Assembly: GCF_009914755.1 (NCBI RefSeq)
Contig: NC_060928.1
Reading direction: 5' to 3' (one strand)
Source: the human T2T-CHM13v2.0 reference genome, Homo sapiens
Length of the DNA stretch: 64,000 nucleotides
Both the position numbers and the translations under genes were made by a program. The notes under the pieces were generated by a model. That model saw nothing but the letters and a program-made list of their open reading frames with translations, searched no databases and was not told the DNA's origin. Positions 1-13,200 of the stretch are shown piece after piece. The stretch's first letter is position 1, and each line of letters begins with the position of its first letter.

Positions 1-204
1 ACAATTCCCTGAACCCTTGCACTTCCCGAGTAAGGCAACACCCCACCCTCCTTCTACTTGCCCTCTGTGGGCTGCACCCAGTGTCCAGCCACTCCCAATG
101 AGATGAGCCGGGTACATCAGTTGGAAATACAGAAATCACCCACCTTCTGCGTCGATCTTGCTGGGAGCTGCAGACCAGAGCTGTTCCTATTCGGCCGTCT
201 TGCC
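1..204 (-). mobile_element. 5' end (5'UTR start) of an L1PA-type LINE-1 (L1PA7/8-like); the body extends upstream of the window
   Basis: Reverse complement reads GGCAAGACGGCCGAATAGGAACAGCTCTGGTCTGCAGCTCCCAGCAAGATCGACGCAGAAGG, matching the L1PA 5' terminus. The + strand ORF 58..480 contains the typical antisense-L1 peptide QKSPTFCV…AGSCRPELFLFG. Confidence 0.9.
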
Positions 205-1236
205 TTATTAGATTTTCCATTGCCAAATGTGTGCCTTACATTTCAAGGGCTTTACCCCATCCTTGACCCTTACAGGTGTGCATCAACACGTGTAATCATA
301 AGCTTTTATTCCCCTTTGCACTCATCTCTAGGTCCTCTTAGTGCATTATTAGTGGACTCATGTTCATCCTTCCTTTATCCCCTTCCTCCCGTAGTCAGGG
401 CCAGTAGCACTAAAAGTACTAGAGAACTTCTGTGCACTCTGAAATCAGATCTGTATGTAGCATTACTGGAGAAGGACTAGAAAACCCCATGAGGTAATGC
501 CAGATACTGTTTTATTTTTACTTTGAGGAATTCAAGGGTAAGGATTAGGACATAGTCCACAAACTGAAACAGTTCAATTTTTTTTTTTCATGACACCTGG
601 CATCATTTTTAGCCAGTGCCCATACTGTATCCACCTCTGCTGTAAGAGAGGCAGCCAAAGCTGTGTCCATTTGAAACCATGATGTCTCTTAACCCAGTAC
701 CTTTTAGTGTCACTTTGCTCTCAGAATCTTGTGGCTTAAATGCTCAGTGAGGATCCCAGTATAAACTTTGAACAAATTCCCAATGTTTTTTAAGAAATTG
801 CTACCATCACCGTTTTTCTAAGACCAATTTGAACTTAGGTGAAAAATCAGTATGCATTTAGAAGTGTTGACTGGAAGAATGAGTTTATAATGGAGAAAAC
901 CTTAAAGTATGATACAATGAAGTTATATAGGGAATACAGGAAAGTTAGAAAGTCTGGTGACCCCTGCCAAGGGAAAAAGAGCTTTATGTCCACACACAGG
1001 CACAACACACTTCCTGTATTTCTCTCCCTTTGCCTCCCTGGTCAGTGTCCACTGGAATATTTTATTAAAAGAGTAAGTTTATTATCCTTCCATCTGTTTT
1101 GCTTTTTCATTAGTTTTAAATGATAATCTATCAAACTTAGTACCTAGAAATAATACTTTCTCATAAAAAGAAATAATACTTTCTCATAAAACCATGCTCT
1201 TTTAAAGTAATATTCTTTTCTTTTCTCAATATTCAG

Positions 1237-1315
1237 GATTGAATCCAACGACCTGCCTCTGTTGACTGCTATTGCCAGTACTCATTCTCCTTATGTGGCT
1301 CAAATACTCTTATAA
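1237..1315 (+). CDS. FNIP2: Last coding exon of folliculin-interacting protein 2 (C-terminus [25 protein letters not shown])
   Basis: Polypyrimidine tract and acceptor ttttctcaatattcag|G at 1236/1237; 1 nt plus 25 codons, then TAA at 1313-1315. [13 protein letters not shown] is the conserved FNIP1/2 C-terminus. The [10 protein letters not shown] variant and the C4orf45 neighbour point to FNIP2 (recalled). Confidence 0.93.
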
Positions 1316-4300
1316 GCTAAAGCTCAGGACAGTTCTTCCTTGGAAGAAAAAAATCAAATTCTCAACTGAAGGAGAAAGGAATAAGCTCTCTGTGATGTCA
1401 AAAGCATGAGAAGAGCAAACAGAAACAGTCATTCCACCTTTTTGTTTTGTGTTTTTGCTGTCAAGCTGATGCTTCATTGAAGACTTAGGTTTACTTGACA
1501 TAATAGCATTTGTGATTGTCGTGAACACTTTAGGCCATTTGTTACCCATGAATCAACAAAGAAACTGACCTTTTTGGTAGGAGGAAACATAAGCACTAAA
1601 CACTAAGCTGTTGCAACAGATTGCCTTGTGCTGTTTGGGCAGAATAAAGACAAGTGACTTGAGCGGGGTGGTCAGCAGTGTACATAATATTCCAGTAGGA
1701 AACTGCTTCCAAGTTTAAGCATGAGCTCCCCAAACTGGAGAAAACATATTTTGCTATTCTGAGACAACAATCAGAATACAGACTTTGGATTCCAGGTCAC
1801 AGTTTGCTTTTTAGACAAGGTAAAGCAAAGAAAGCCACATTGTGCCATCTTCAGCTCCAGTGGCTTTAGCAGTGACTGTTTGACATAAAACATGTAAGAA
1901 TTGCTTGTTGGGAAGAGTGCTTTAGGGACCCACTGTTTTCATTTCTTCTTGGAGTTTACCTTGTTTCAGATGCAGCCATGGGTAGGTCAGAGATGGATTG
2001 TTGGTGCAATAAACCCAAGAATCAATGTAGCCTCTTAATCCCATCAAGATGTAGTTTGTAGCAGCAAAGTGTACAGTCTGAAACCGTATGTTTTATCCTT
2101 ATATTTTAGAGCTTTCAGCAGCCTTTTTAAGAGAGGCCACTTACCAAAGTTATTTCTATAAGCTCAAGAGTGTTTCGGTTGGTAAGTTCTTCCAGCTGAA
2201 GCCACTTTTTCCTTATAGTTAATACAAATGACTATTTTTACTTTAAAAGGCACAGCTGTCCTGGTGGGAAATGAAACCTGCAGCAGTTCAGGATGACTAA
2301 TGAAAGCAATTAGCTTGAACATTTAGAAAAAATTCATATATGATCTAAATTTTTATATTATCATTTCTGTGCCTTCTAATTCCTGCATCCTGTTCAAAAC
2401 ATCTTTCCAGACATTAACTTACACATTGTATAAAACCGACCAAAATGATTTCCTAAAGTTCATGCAAAAAAAAAAAAAAACAACCTAATTTTCTGTTAAT
2501 ATAAAAGAAACTTCAGTTTACTGACCGTGAAACAGACTATGTACTGACATCCAGGGTAAAGTAAAAGACTTTTAAATATTGGTCATTAAAGGACAGGAGC
2601 TAAGCTAGCAAAGCAAAACATCTTTAGCACTTTGCAGATCTCAAGCAGTTAACCAGGCTCTGATTCCCTTCCACTGTTTTATGAATTAATTCCAGTTCTT
2701 TTCATGTATCTTTGAACCTAAGATTATGAAGTAATTTCCCTATTAGGGACTAGAATGACTTCAGTTTTTTCATTTGATAAAAATCAGAACTGCTACCTTT
2801 CCCTTTTTTAATGATGCAAAATGTAGATGAGTGCATTAAGGTTTGTAAGATCTTTATCATTTTATGTCATTCATTGAAAATTGAAATGTTCATTCTTTTT
2901 AATGTTTTCCTATTTCCTTTTGCCTAGCATTTGACTTTGGTGTTTTAAGTTCTGTAGTTCCATGACATCATTGTTTGCTGTTGTGTTACAGAGAGAGAAG
3001 GAACCTCACCTGTGGCTCAGCTCACCCCACATCCGTTTCTCATTACGTGTAAATAAACTGTCAGAGCTGATGTTACAGCTTTTACAGTTTAAAGCATTCC
3101 CCTCGTCTCTAGTTCCTTTTTTCTTGTTTACATGTTTTGGGCACTTTCCCTCATTCACCACCTTCCAGGGTTTCATAGAAAATAACTTGTTACAAAATCA
3201 GTTCAATTCTAATGTGGACATAGTGGCATGTTCATAATTAGACCCATATAGGGGACACTGAGCTTTAAATCGTTGATTCTAAACTCTATACATTAAAAAA
3301 ATTCAGCCCAGGCCCCTCAAAGCCTGAGAAAATTTAATTTGCTCTTAATTTAATGTTCCAAAACTCACTCTTGGAAAAATGCCTGTTGGAAAACTACAGG
3401 TGGGTCACATGTGGGGGCTGTCTCCGTGACACTCAGGATTCCAGTCAGAACCTAATCCTCATATCTATTGCCTACAAAAATAGACCAAGAATGTTGCTGC
3501 TCTTTTATAATCCTTTAAATATTTAACATTCAAGTTTTCTTTGTCTTAAATTCAGCCTCTTCCTAAAAGCAAAAAAGAAAAAAAAAACCTCACAGAATTG
3601 TGTTGAGATCCACCGCTCACACGCCGTACACCACCCAGTGGCTTCATTCTGGCTTAGCCGCAGAGGCAAGAAAGGGACCCCACTTGCTCCCATGCCCACC
3701 TCAAGAAAAAACATAAAACAATTTTTTTTAAAAAAGAAAAGAAATCTACCTCAGTTGACAGGATTCCACCTTTAGGGTTTCTTCAACTTTTAAGTCTTAC
3801 CTGTTGAGTGTAACTTTTGTAGCATCTTGCTTTTCCAAGCAAGCTAGTGAGGCATGACAGAGCAGAAGTCTGTAAATGTCCCTGTGATGGACCTCTTTCT
3901 AGCATGTTGCAGTTTTATTTTTAATAAATTGGTAAGTGAAATGAACGTAAAGGTAATTGTGTACGTTTTAGACATGACAATGAAAATTTAAAATGTAGCT
4001 TCCATACTTGTGCATAATTCCAAAGTATTTTATTTTTTATCAATCAGTGTTAAATAGCTTTTTGTACAGGCTTCAATCCATTTTTCGAAGTGTGCTGTTT
4101 TTTAATGAAAGTAACTATAATCTTTTCACATCCCATGGAACTGCCGTTTACACATTGCAACTTTTTAAACTTAACCATATTTTTCAAAATTAACGTTTTT
4201 GGAGGGAGAAAAATCCCCGCTTGCTAAATGATACTAAACCGTTGTTTGGGCTCTTATAATTAGGTCCTGAGATTTTATAAAAATTTAGTCTGTAGCTTTT

Positions 4301-4885
4301 TAGGTTCTTCACTAGAGTTGGTTGTACATAAAAATAATAAAGAATATAAAGTATCCCAAAATTCTTTTAAAGTCTGGATTTTTCCGCTAATATGTACTTT
4401 AGAGAATATTTTGTTCATGCATACTTCCACGTTAAATTGAAAATGTCTTCAGCTTCTCTTGGTAAATGTGAACCATTTGTTTTTTATTGTGCTTGGGGGA
4501 GAGGGTATTTTAATATAATTTTTGCCTAAATCAAGAAGTCCCCTCTGAATGTTAATTTTTAAATGTCAAAATATGATGAACGATATATCTTGAAAGTGAG
4601 ATTGCAATATGCTTAAACTTAAGTGGTATTTCAAAAACGAGAAAATTCTGGAATTTGTCATTTGAAGCTCCATAAGAGAAATTGATAGGACTTCGTTTTT
4701 GATCAGTCTGAATAGATACCAATGTCATTGTGTGGGAATTTTTTTTAACTTGTTTATGTATTATTTTGATCCATTTTTCTGTGGCATTTGGTGCAATAAA
4801 ACTTTTGAATTTATCTTGAACATTTTCCTGGTGCTGCATGCGATTTGTTATAGTTAATAAAATGTAGAGGTCTCATTTCTAATAA
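1316..4885 (+). other. FNIP2: FNIP2 3'UTR (~3.6 kb, AU-rich, no recognisable interspersed repeats)
   Basis: Continuous AT-rich sequence after the stop codon, with many miRNA seed and Pumilio motifs, ending at tandem AATAAA just before a MER20-like transposon. The exact cleavage site is inferred. Confidence 0.8.
4795..4861 (+). terminator. Distal polyadenylation signals of FNIP2 (AATAAA at 4795-4800 and 4856-4861)
   Basis: Two canonical hexamers with U-rich/UGUA upstream context and GT/T-rich downstream sequence (~4905-4945). Confidence 0.7.
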
Positions 4886-4916
4886 TTCGTGCTGAAAACA
4901 AGCTGATTATTTATCT

Positions 4917-5950
<1,034 letters not shown>

Positions 5951-6346
5951 GATGTCCACAGATATATTTGTTCTCAGGAAAAAATATGCCACTGAGAGCA
6001 ACTGTTGGTACCAACATAATGCCATACTGAGTTATGTTATCTTAAAGACTGGGGGGAAAGTTACAGTAGATATTTCAAAATCCTTTCTGATAAATGAAAA
6101 TTTCAAGTGTTTTTCCCTGAAGCTTTTTTTTTTTCCTTTTCGTGCATGTTCAGCTCTCCAAGGATGGCTTCCCTGCTGTGTACTCGGGTGAAACAGCTTT
6201 AAAATCATGCCATTGATAAAAGGAGTTAAACGCACGTGCACACAAGAGTGCTTTTTGGTTCCCTAGTGCCTGGACCGTTCTGTCAGACGCTTTCTGTATG
6301 TTACCTCATTTAATCCTCACAATGGATGAGGGGTACTGTGATGGTT

Positions 6347-6950
<604 letters not shown>

Positions 6951-7042
6951 TGTGATGGTTAATGTTATGTGTCATCTTGGCTAGGCGATAGTAATCAGAT
7001 ATTTAGTCAAACACCAATCTGGATGATGCTGTGCAGGTATTT

Positions 7043-7343
<301 letters not shown>

Positions 7344-7964
7344 AGTGCTGTGCAGGTATTTCTTAGGTGAGATTAATATTTAAGTCAGTGGACCCTGAAT
7401 AAAGCTATTTATCCTCCATAATGTGGGTGGGCCTCATTCAACCTGTTGAAAGTCTTAAGAGAAAGACTGAAGATCCCCCAGGGAGAGAGAATTCTGCCTG
7501 AAAACTGCCTTCAGGCTGGAGCTGCAACATCAGTTTCTCCCAGGGTCTCCATCCTGTTGGCTCACCCTGCTGCGTTTGGATTTACCAACTTCCACAATCA
7601 CAGGAGCCAACTCCTAAAAATAAACACCCCTCCCTGGCTCTTGCTCTCCTACATGCACAACACACACATCATTGGTTCTGTTTCTCTGGAGAACCCTGAC
7701 TGATACAGATACTTAGGAGATCAGTCCAATGATATGGTATGATAACCCAAAATGGAGTTGAGTAGGATCAGAAAATTGTCATTCCAAGTTACAGGAAGTA
7801 GGCTTTCAAGCAAATATCTTTAACATCATAAACAGTACCAACTTAAGAGTTATCCCATAAAGGCTGACATAGATGTCACGTAGTCTCTGAATATGTGTTG
7901 CAAAGAATTGGAAAACAACCCTCTGAGAAGGAAGGAGGTAACATTTCGTTAAAAGTGGTGGAAA

Positions 7965-8120
7965 GGCCCAGCGCGGTGGCTCATTCCAGTGCCTGTAATC
8001 CCAGCTACTCAGGAGGCTGAGGCAGGAGAATCACTTGAACCCAGGAGGCGGAGGCTGCAGTGAGCCAAGATTGTGCCACTACACTACAGCCTGGGCAACA
8101 GAGCGAGACTCCGTCTCAAA

Positions 8121-8151
<31 letters not shown>

Positions 8152-8162
8152 AATAAATAAAA
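7965..8162 (+). mobile_element. Internally deleted Alu with a (TAAA)n tail
   Basis: The Alu 5' end is joined directly to right-arm GCCTGTAATCCCAGCTACTC. Confidence 0.85.
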
Positions 8163-8389
8163 GCCCAGCCCTGTGCACTCCAGTGACCCAGCTGATTCAT
8201 CTTCTCCAGCCTCATCACCAGATAATTCTGTGTTCTATATTCCAGCCACATTGAACCACATGTACTTCCCCAAAGGTGCTAGGTTATTGTCTTTGCCCTG
8301 TCTGTTCTTCCTAGAATAGACTTCCCTTTGCCTCATCAAGTCCCCCCTGTTCCTAGCACAAAATTCAATTCATTGTCAAATCCTCCAGC

Positions 8390-8557
8390 ACCTTGCTACT
8401 CAAGGTCCTCAGACCAGCAACAACTAACTGCATTTCCTGGGAGCTTGACAGAAATGCAAAATCTCAAACCCCATTTCAGACCTACTGAATCATAATCTGC
8501 ATCTTAACAGGATCCCCAAGTGATTTGCATGACCTTTAAAATTTGAGAATACTGCTC
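8390..8557. mobile_element. MER5A hAT-Charlie MITE
   Basis: CTACTCAAGG…CAGACCAGCA…CCTGGGAGCTTG…AGAAATGCAAAATCTC…AGACCTACTGAATCA…TTTGAGAATACTG. Confidence 0.8.
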
Positions 8558-8730
8558 TCAAACTCGAGTGGATGAGGAAAAGAATGTATCAGTCACTGAG
8601 ACTGAAGTCTGTGTATTGGAATGAAGGGGGACAATGAGAACATTTGCCAGCAAAGAAATGAAATAGAAATGAATTATGTTAAAAGTGTCTATCATATGCA
8701 CATAAATTATACAATGCATATGATATATGC

Positions 8731-8882
8731 ATTGTATGAAGGAAAAAAACTACCAGAAATCCAGAAGGGGAAAATAATGAATGTATTATTGTATGAAGGA
8801 AATGTATAATAATAAATAATGAATGTATTATTGTATGAAGGAAAAAAACAACCAGAAATCCAGAAGGGGAAAATAATGAATG
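8731..8882. repeat. Local complex tandem duplication (53-bp unit twice, plus a re-duplicated junction)
   Basis: ATTGTATGAAGGAAAAAAAC[T/A]ACCAGAAATCCAGAAGGGGAAAATAATGAATG at 8731-8783 and 8830-8882. Confidence 0.9.
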
Positions 8883-9679
8883 GAATAGAAGATAGAACTT
8901 AAGAGACATTTTGTGATTTAAAAAGAGAGATTAGGGCATTATAGAAGAAGTGGTTTAGAGACTTGCTCAATGGATTTCCAAAAGTATTTTTAAGAGCATT
9001 TTTGGGTAAATGTATATAAGAATGATACATACTGTTAAATCTCATAAATTGTACTTTTTAGAAACATTGTAATTAAGCTCTCTAACCTTAAGTTTATACA
9101 TGGAAAACCAAACTCAAAGCATGGATATAAAATATTCCCATTTTCAACCATCTATTTTGATGGGAAAGTTTATGATACTGTCTATAGGTTTAAGCTTTTA
9201 AAATTTCCCCCAAGTCACCCAGTAACACAGACAAATTTCTACTTAAGAGACTTTCAGTGCCTGGTTCTGATTCTTGTCGTGTAAGAATGGAAAATGTGTT
9301 GGCATCTCAAGTAAGAATAGTAATGATAGCCACTCACTGGGGGCTATGTGTGAGGCACTGCGTTGGAGGCTTTTCACATGTGGTATTCATTATTTGCTTT
9401 CAAATATGTAAGAACATTTGTTCCAATTTATTTTCCCTAAAGAGGATTCATGTAAAAGAGAGGGGTGTTGAGTATTTATTGAAGCATCCACACAAATTCT
9501 GCAGGACAGTCCAAAAAATGGATTTGTGGGACAAGTATCTAAAGTAACTCTGGAAATTTAGAAGAAAGCCTCATTGATAAAAAGATAAATTATTTTGAAT
9601 GATTCAGTATTTTGTTTATTTCTGGAATGGAAGGGGTATGACCAAGTGCTCAACTACTCTCAGGAATAATGGGTTAAAC

Positions 9680-10810
9680 CGACCTCAGGTGCCTCTTGAT
9701 GTGATGCACTGAGCATGAGGCAACGTCACTTATCTGGGATTCCTGACAAAAACACGTAACCTGAACCCACTCATGAGGAAACATCAGACAAGCCCATACT
9801 GAAAGATTCAGAACTGGCCTGGATTCCTCAAAAGTGTCCATGTTATAAAAGACCAGAGTGAGGAACTCCTCCACATTGAAGAGGACTAAAGAGACGTGAT
9901 AACTCAATGTAATACATGGTCCTAGACTGAATCCTGGATCAGAATATTACAAAGGTTGTCAGTTAATACTTTTTGTTGTTGCTGTTGTTGTTGTTGTTGT
10001 TATTTTTTAAGACAGTCAGGCTCTCTGTCACGCAGGCTGGAGTGCAGTGATGCAATCATAGCTCACTGCAGACTTGCAGACCTGTGATCGAGCAAGCCTC
10101 CCACCTCAGCCTCCTGAGTAGCTGGGATTACAGGCATGCACCACCACCCCTGCCTAATTTTTTATATTTTTTGTAAAGATGGGGTCTCACTATGTTGCCC
10201 AGGCTGCTCTCAAACTTGGGCTCAAGTGATTCTCCCACCTCAGCCTCCCAAAGTGCTGGGTTTATAGGTGTGAAACACCACCATCTGCTATTTAGTAAAA
10301 TTCGACTATGAACTTTAGATTAGATAATAATACTCTATCAATGTTAAATTTCCTGAATCTTATAAATTGTACTGTGTTTATGTGAGACAGCATCCTTGTT
10401 CTTAGGAAATACACCCTGAAATATTTAGGAGTAAAGGGTCTAGCCTGTAGACCATTTATTCCACAGGGTCTGTGCCTGTAGTCCTAGCTACTCAGGAGGC
10501 TGAGGTGGGAGGATTGTTTGAACCCAGGAGTTCAAGGCTGCGGTGCACTATGGTTGTGCCCATGAATAGCCAATGCACTCCAGCCTGGGCAACATAGTGA
10601 GACCCCCATATCTTAAAAAAAAAAAAAAAGACAAGAGAAGTTGGGGGGCATCATGTCTGCAACTTGCACTCAAATGGTGTAAGAGAGAGAGGAAGAAAGC
10701 GAACATAAAAGCAAATAAAATTAACAACAGATGGGGCTGGGGAAAGAGTATATCAAGTTCTTAGAGCTGTTGTTACAACATGCTCTACAAATTTGAAATC
10801 AAAATAAGAA
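9680..10810 (+). mobile_element. Old L1M (L1MC/ME-type) 3' region, with an inserted AluJ (-, ~9970-10287) and an Alu right monomer (+, ~10470-10630)
   Basis: AACCTGAA…CATGAGGAAACATCAGACAA and ATCAATGTTAAATTTCCTGA…CTTGTTCTTAGGAAATACAC motifs of old L1 3'UTRs. Confidence 0.7.
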
Positions 10811-11937
10811 GTCTTTTAACAGATTTTTTAATGCAAAAAATATTTCAACTGGATTTGGCGAATGATAGAGGCGTTTGGGATAATTTAGTCTGTAATAGCT
10901 CTAATCTGACACAAAATTAGTTCAGTGACAGAAAGTAACTAATCCAAGCCCTCCTCCACACACACTGCAATAAATCATTTCACTTGGACCCATCTCAAAA
11001 TTCAGACTACATTGAAATGTTAGATGTTGAACTGTTCCCTTTTTCAATACGAAGTATTCCTAAGGTCAGGATCTACTGAGGAGGACAGCTAAGTCTCCTG
11101 CCATCACAGAATGTCTCAAATAGACATAATGGCTTGCTGATGAATCAGATCTCTGGCAACAGAGGGTGAGTAATATTCTAGTGAATTGGCAAGATTCTCC
11201 AAAAGAGCAAGAAGTCTTTTTATGCGTAGGGAACAGGAGTCTCTGAATGGGCCTGAGCTATTCTATTCCTTTTTCTAGCATGGAAATCTGCTGTCAAACT
11301 CTATTGAAAAACTCGACGCCTGCAAAGTTCATTGTGCTGTGGGATTAGACAGAAAGCTATTATTGGCGTATGGTTTGTACACAGACCTCAGGAAATAGTT
11401 GTTGAATATATACTTCCACATTCTTTAATTCTCCTCCTAACTCTATAAAATATTCAAAACAGATACCAAAATCCCCATTTTACTTATAAAAACCCATACA
11501 GGGAAATTATGCAACTTGCCCAAGATTCCATAAATAGTTTAGGGGACAACCTAGAATTCAAACGGGTATAAGCTTACTCTGCTAACCAGTTTGTGAGGTT
11601 TTGAGTGGAGTTACAGATTTACCTCCATTTCACAAACGGTGCTTTCTCAGCTCTTGGAACTCACAGGGGTCGCCATTCTCTCAAGGTTAAACCTAGTGAT
11701 AAGAAATTCTGAGGACACAACCTCTTGTTTTCTTTAACTATAAAAGGTGAATAATGCCCACTTACCCACTGAATAAACATCACTGTGGCAATCCAGTATA
11801 AATTACAAAATGCTTCGATAGGTTAAAAGAAGCTACAAAACTGATTATTAGTATTACTATGAGAAACCTGTCCCTGATTTATATGTTAAAGCAGCCTGAC
11901 TTTTTCTATGACGATTTAGAAAAGCAAAACATCATAC

Positions 11938-12127
11938 CTTTTCCTTTTTTGGTAGCTTCGGCAGCTTAGGTGGTTTGGAAGCTCTTGGCAATGATGACTT
12001 ACACTGCCTAACAAGAATAGCCCATTTGGAATTTCTCTGATCAGTGTCCTCGAAAGCACTCATATGCCAGGCAAAAGAAGCGCGACTCTGTTTTCCTTGC
12101 ATATCCAGGACATGAGGTTTTGGTTGC
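11938..12127 (-). CDS. SPMIP2: Internal (probably penultimate) coding exon of C4orf45/SPMIP2: (W)QPKPHVLDMQGKQSRASFAWHMSAFEDTDQRNSKWAILVRQCKSSLPRASKPPKLPKLPKKEK
   Basis: Acceptor gttcctattccag|G, 190 nt open (1+63x3), donor AAG|gtatga. Joins the 57119-57061 exon in frame (TG+G = Trp). The peptide matches my recollection of human C4orf45. Confidence 0.9.
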
Positions 12128-12919
12128 CTGGAATAGGAACAAATTGGTTCTGAAATGGAAAAGAGCTAGAAACAAGGCCACCAGTTTTCAGATAGTTGAG
12201 ATTTGTCTGTTTTTCTAGTAATTTAAGGTGATTCTAGCCATGTGGCTTAGGAAAGCTGAAGACCTGACCCATCCTGGGAAGTTTCTGAACTCTCTCCACT
12301 CTACATCACTGGACTGCTAGAGATCCAAAGAACCACCCCCAAGATGGACACCTATCTATGAAGCTTGTTGACGAATGCACTACTGTCCTTTCAGAGCCAA
12401 GCATGGAAGATGCTGTGAAGTTGAAGGTGATATGCTAACACTGAGGCTTCATGAGACCCATGTGATCTCCTGAAGGACATGGCCTATCCATTTTGAGGTC
12501 TCATGGACATTCAGGAAAACACCAGCTTTTCTATTCCAAGCTCTGGCTTTGGACTGCATTTTAGAGGAAAGATCTAAGCTTCTTCCTCTTTCCCTGGTGA
12601 GATCCTTGGCTAAGTTCTAACAACCCTAAATTAGAACATTATCTCAGCCCTGCTTTTCCATTATAAAAGGCTGACTCTGGGGAACAGACAGAAACAGGAT
12701 TGTAAGGGTAGGGATTTGCCAACTCATTTGGAAAGCTGTTGTTTCTTAGAGAGCCTCTTGGGACTTCTTATTCACCATCCTTCCACCTGGGCTGCAAGAG
12801 CCCCTTGGGGACTGCAAAGTTCTCTTTCTAGAATCTGAGTCTGTGGGTTCCCAAGGTCTTTGGACCATGATTTGTGGGAGATTTGCATCGCCCTTCACTC
12901 ACTCAAGAATCTACAGGCT

Positions 12920-13200
12920 CTTTCTACATGGCTGGCACAGTACAAGGCACCGTGAGGACCAGCAGTAATAAGATAAAGCCCCTGTTGTCACAGAGCTTAT
13001 ATACCTGTGGGGGAGACAAAAAATAAACAGATAACTGAAATATTTGGGAAGTACTAGGAAAAAAAATTAAGGCAGATGAGTAGAAAATCTTGGGCATGCT
13101 ATTTTCGTGAGGTTAGACAAGAGAGGACGAGGTAATGTTTGAGCAGAGATCTCAGTGAAGCAAGAGTGTGAGCCATTCTCCCAGCATACAGAGGTCAGGC
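12920..13200 (-). mobile_element. L2 fragment
   Basis: GGCACAGTACAAGGCAC…CAGAGCTTATATACCTGTGGGGGAGACA…TTTGAGCAGAGATCT, L2-like. Confidence 0.6.

Noticed and set aside
58-480. 140-aa ORF
   Set aside because: Starts at TTG; the N-terminal part is the antisense L1 5'UTR translation and the rest is intron-like.
2962-3237. 91-aa ATG ORF in the FNIP2 3'UTR
   Set aside because: Weak Kozak context, Leu/Phe-rich composition expected from U-rich UTR sequence, no recognisable domain; would need Ribo-seq support.
12450-12505. Small hairpin (CATGAGACC…GGTCTCATG)
   Set aside because: Only a 9-bp outer stem with a large bulge; no miRNA or snoRNA hallmarks.
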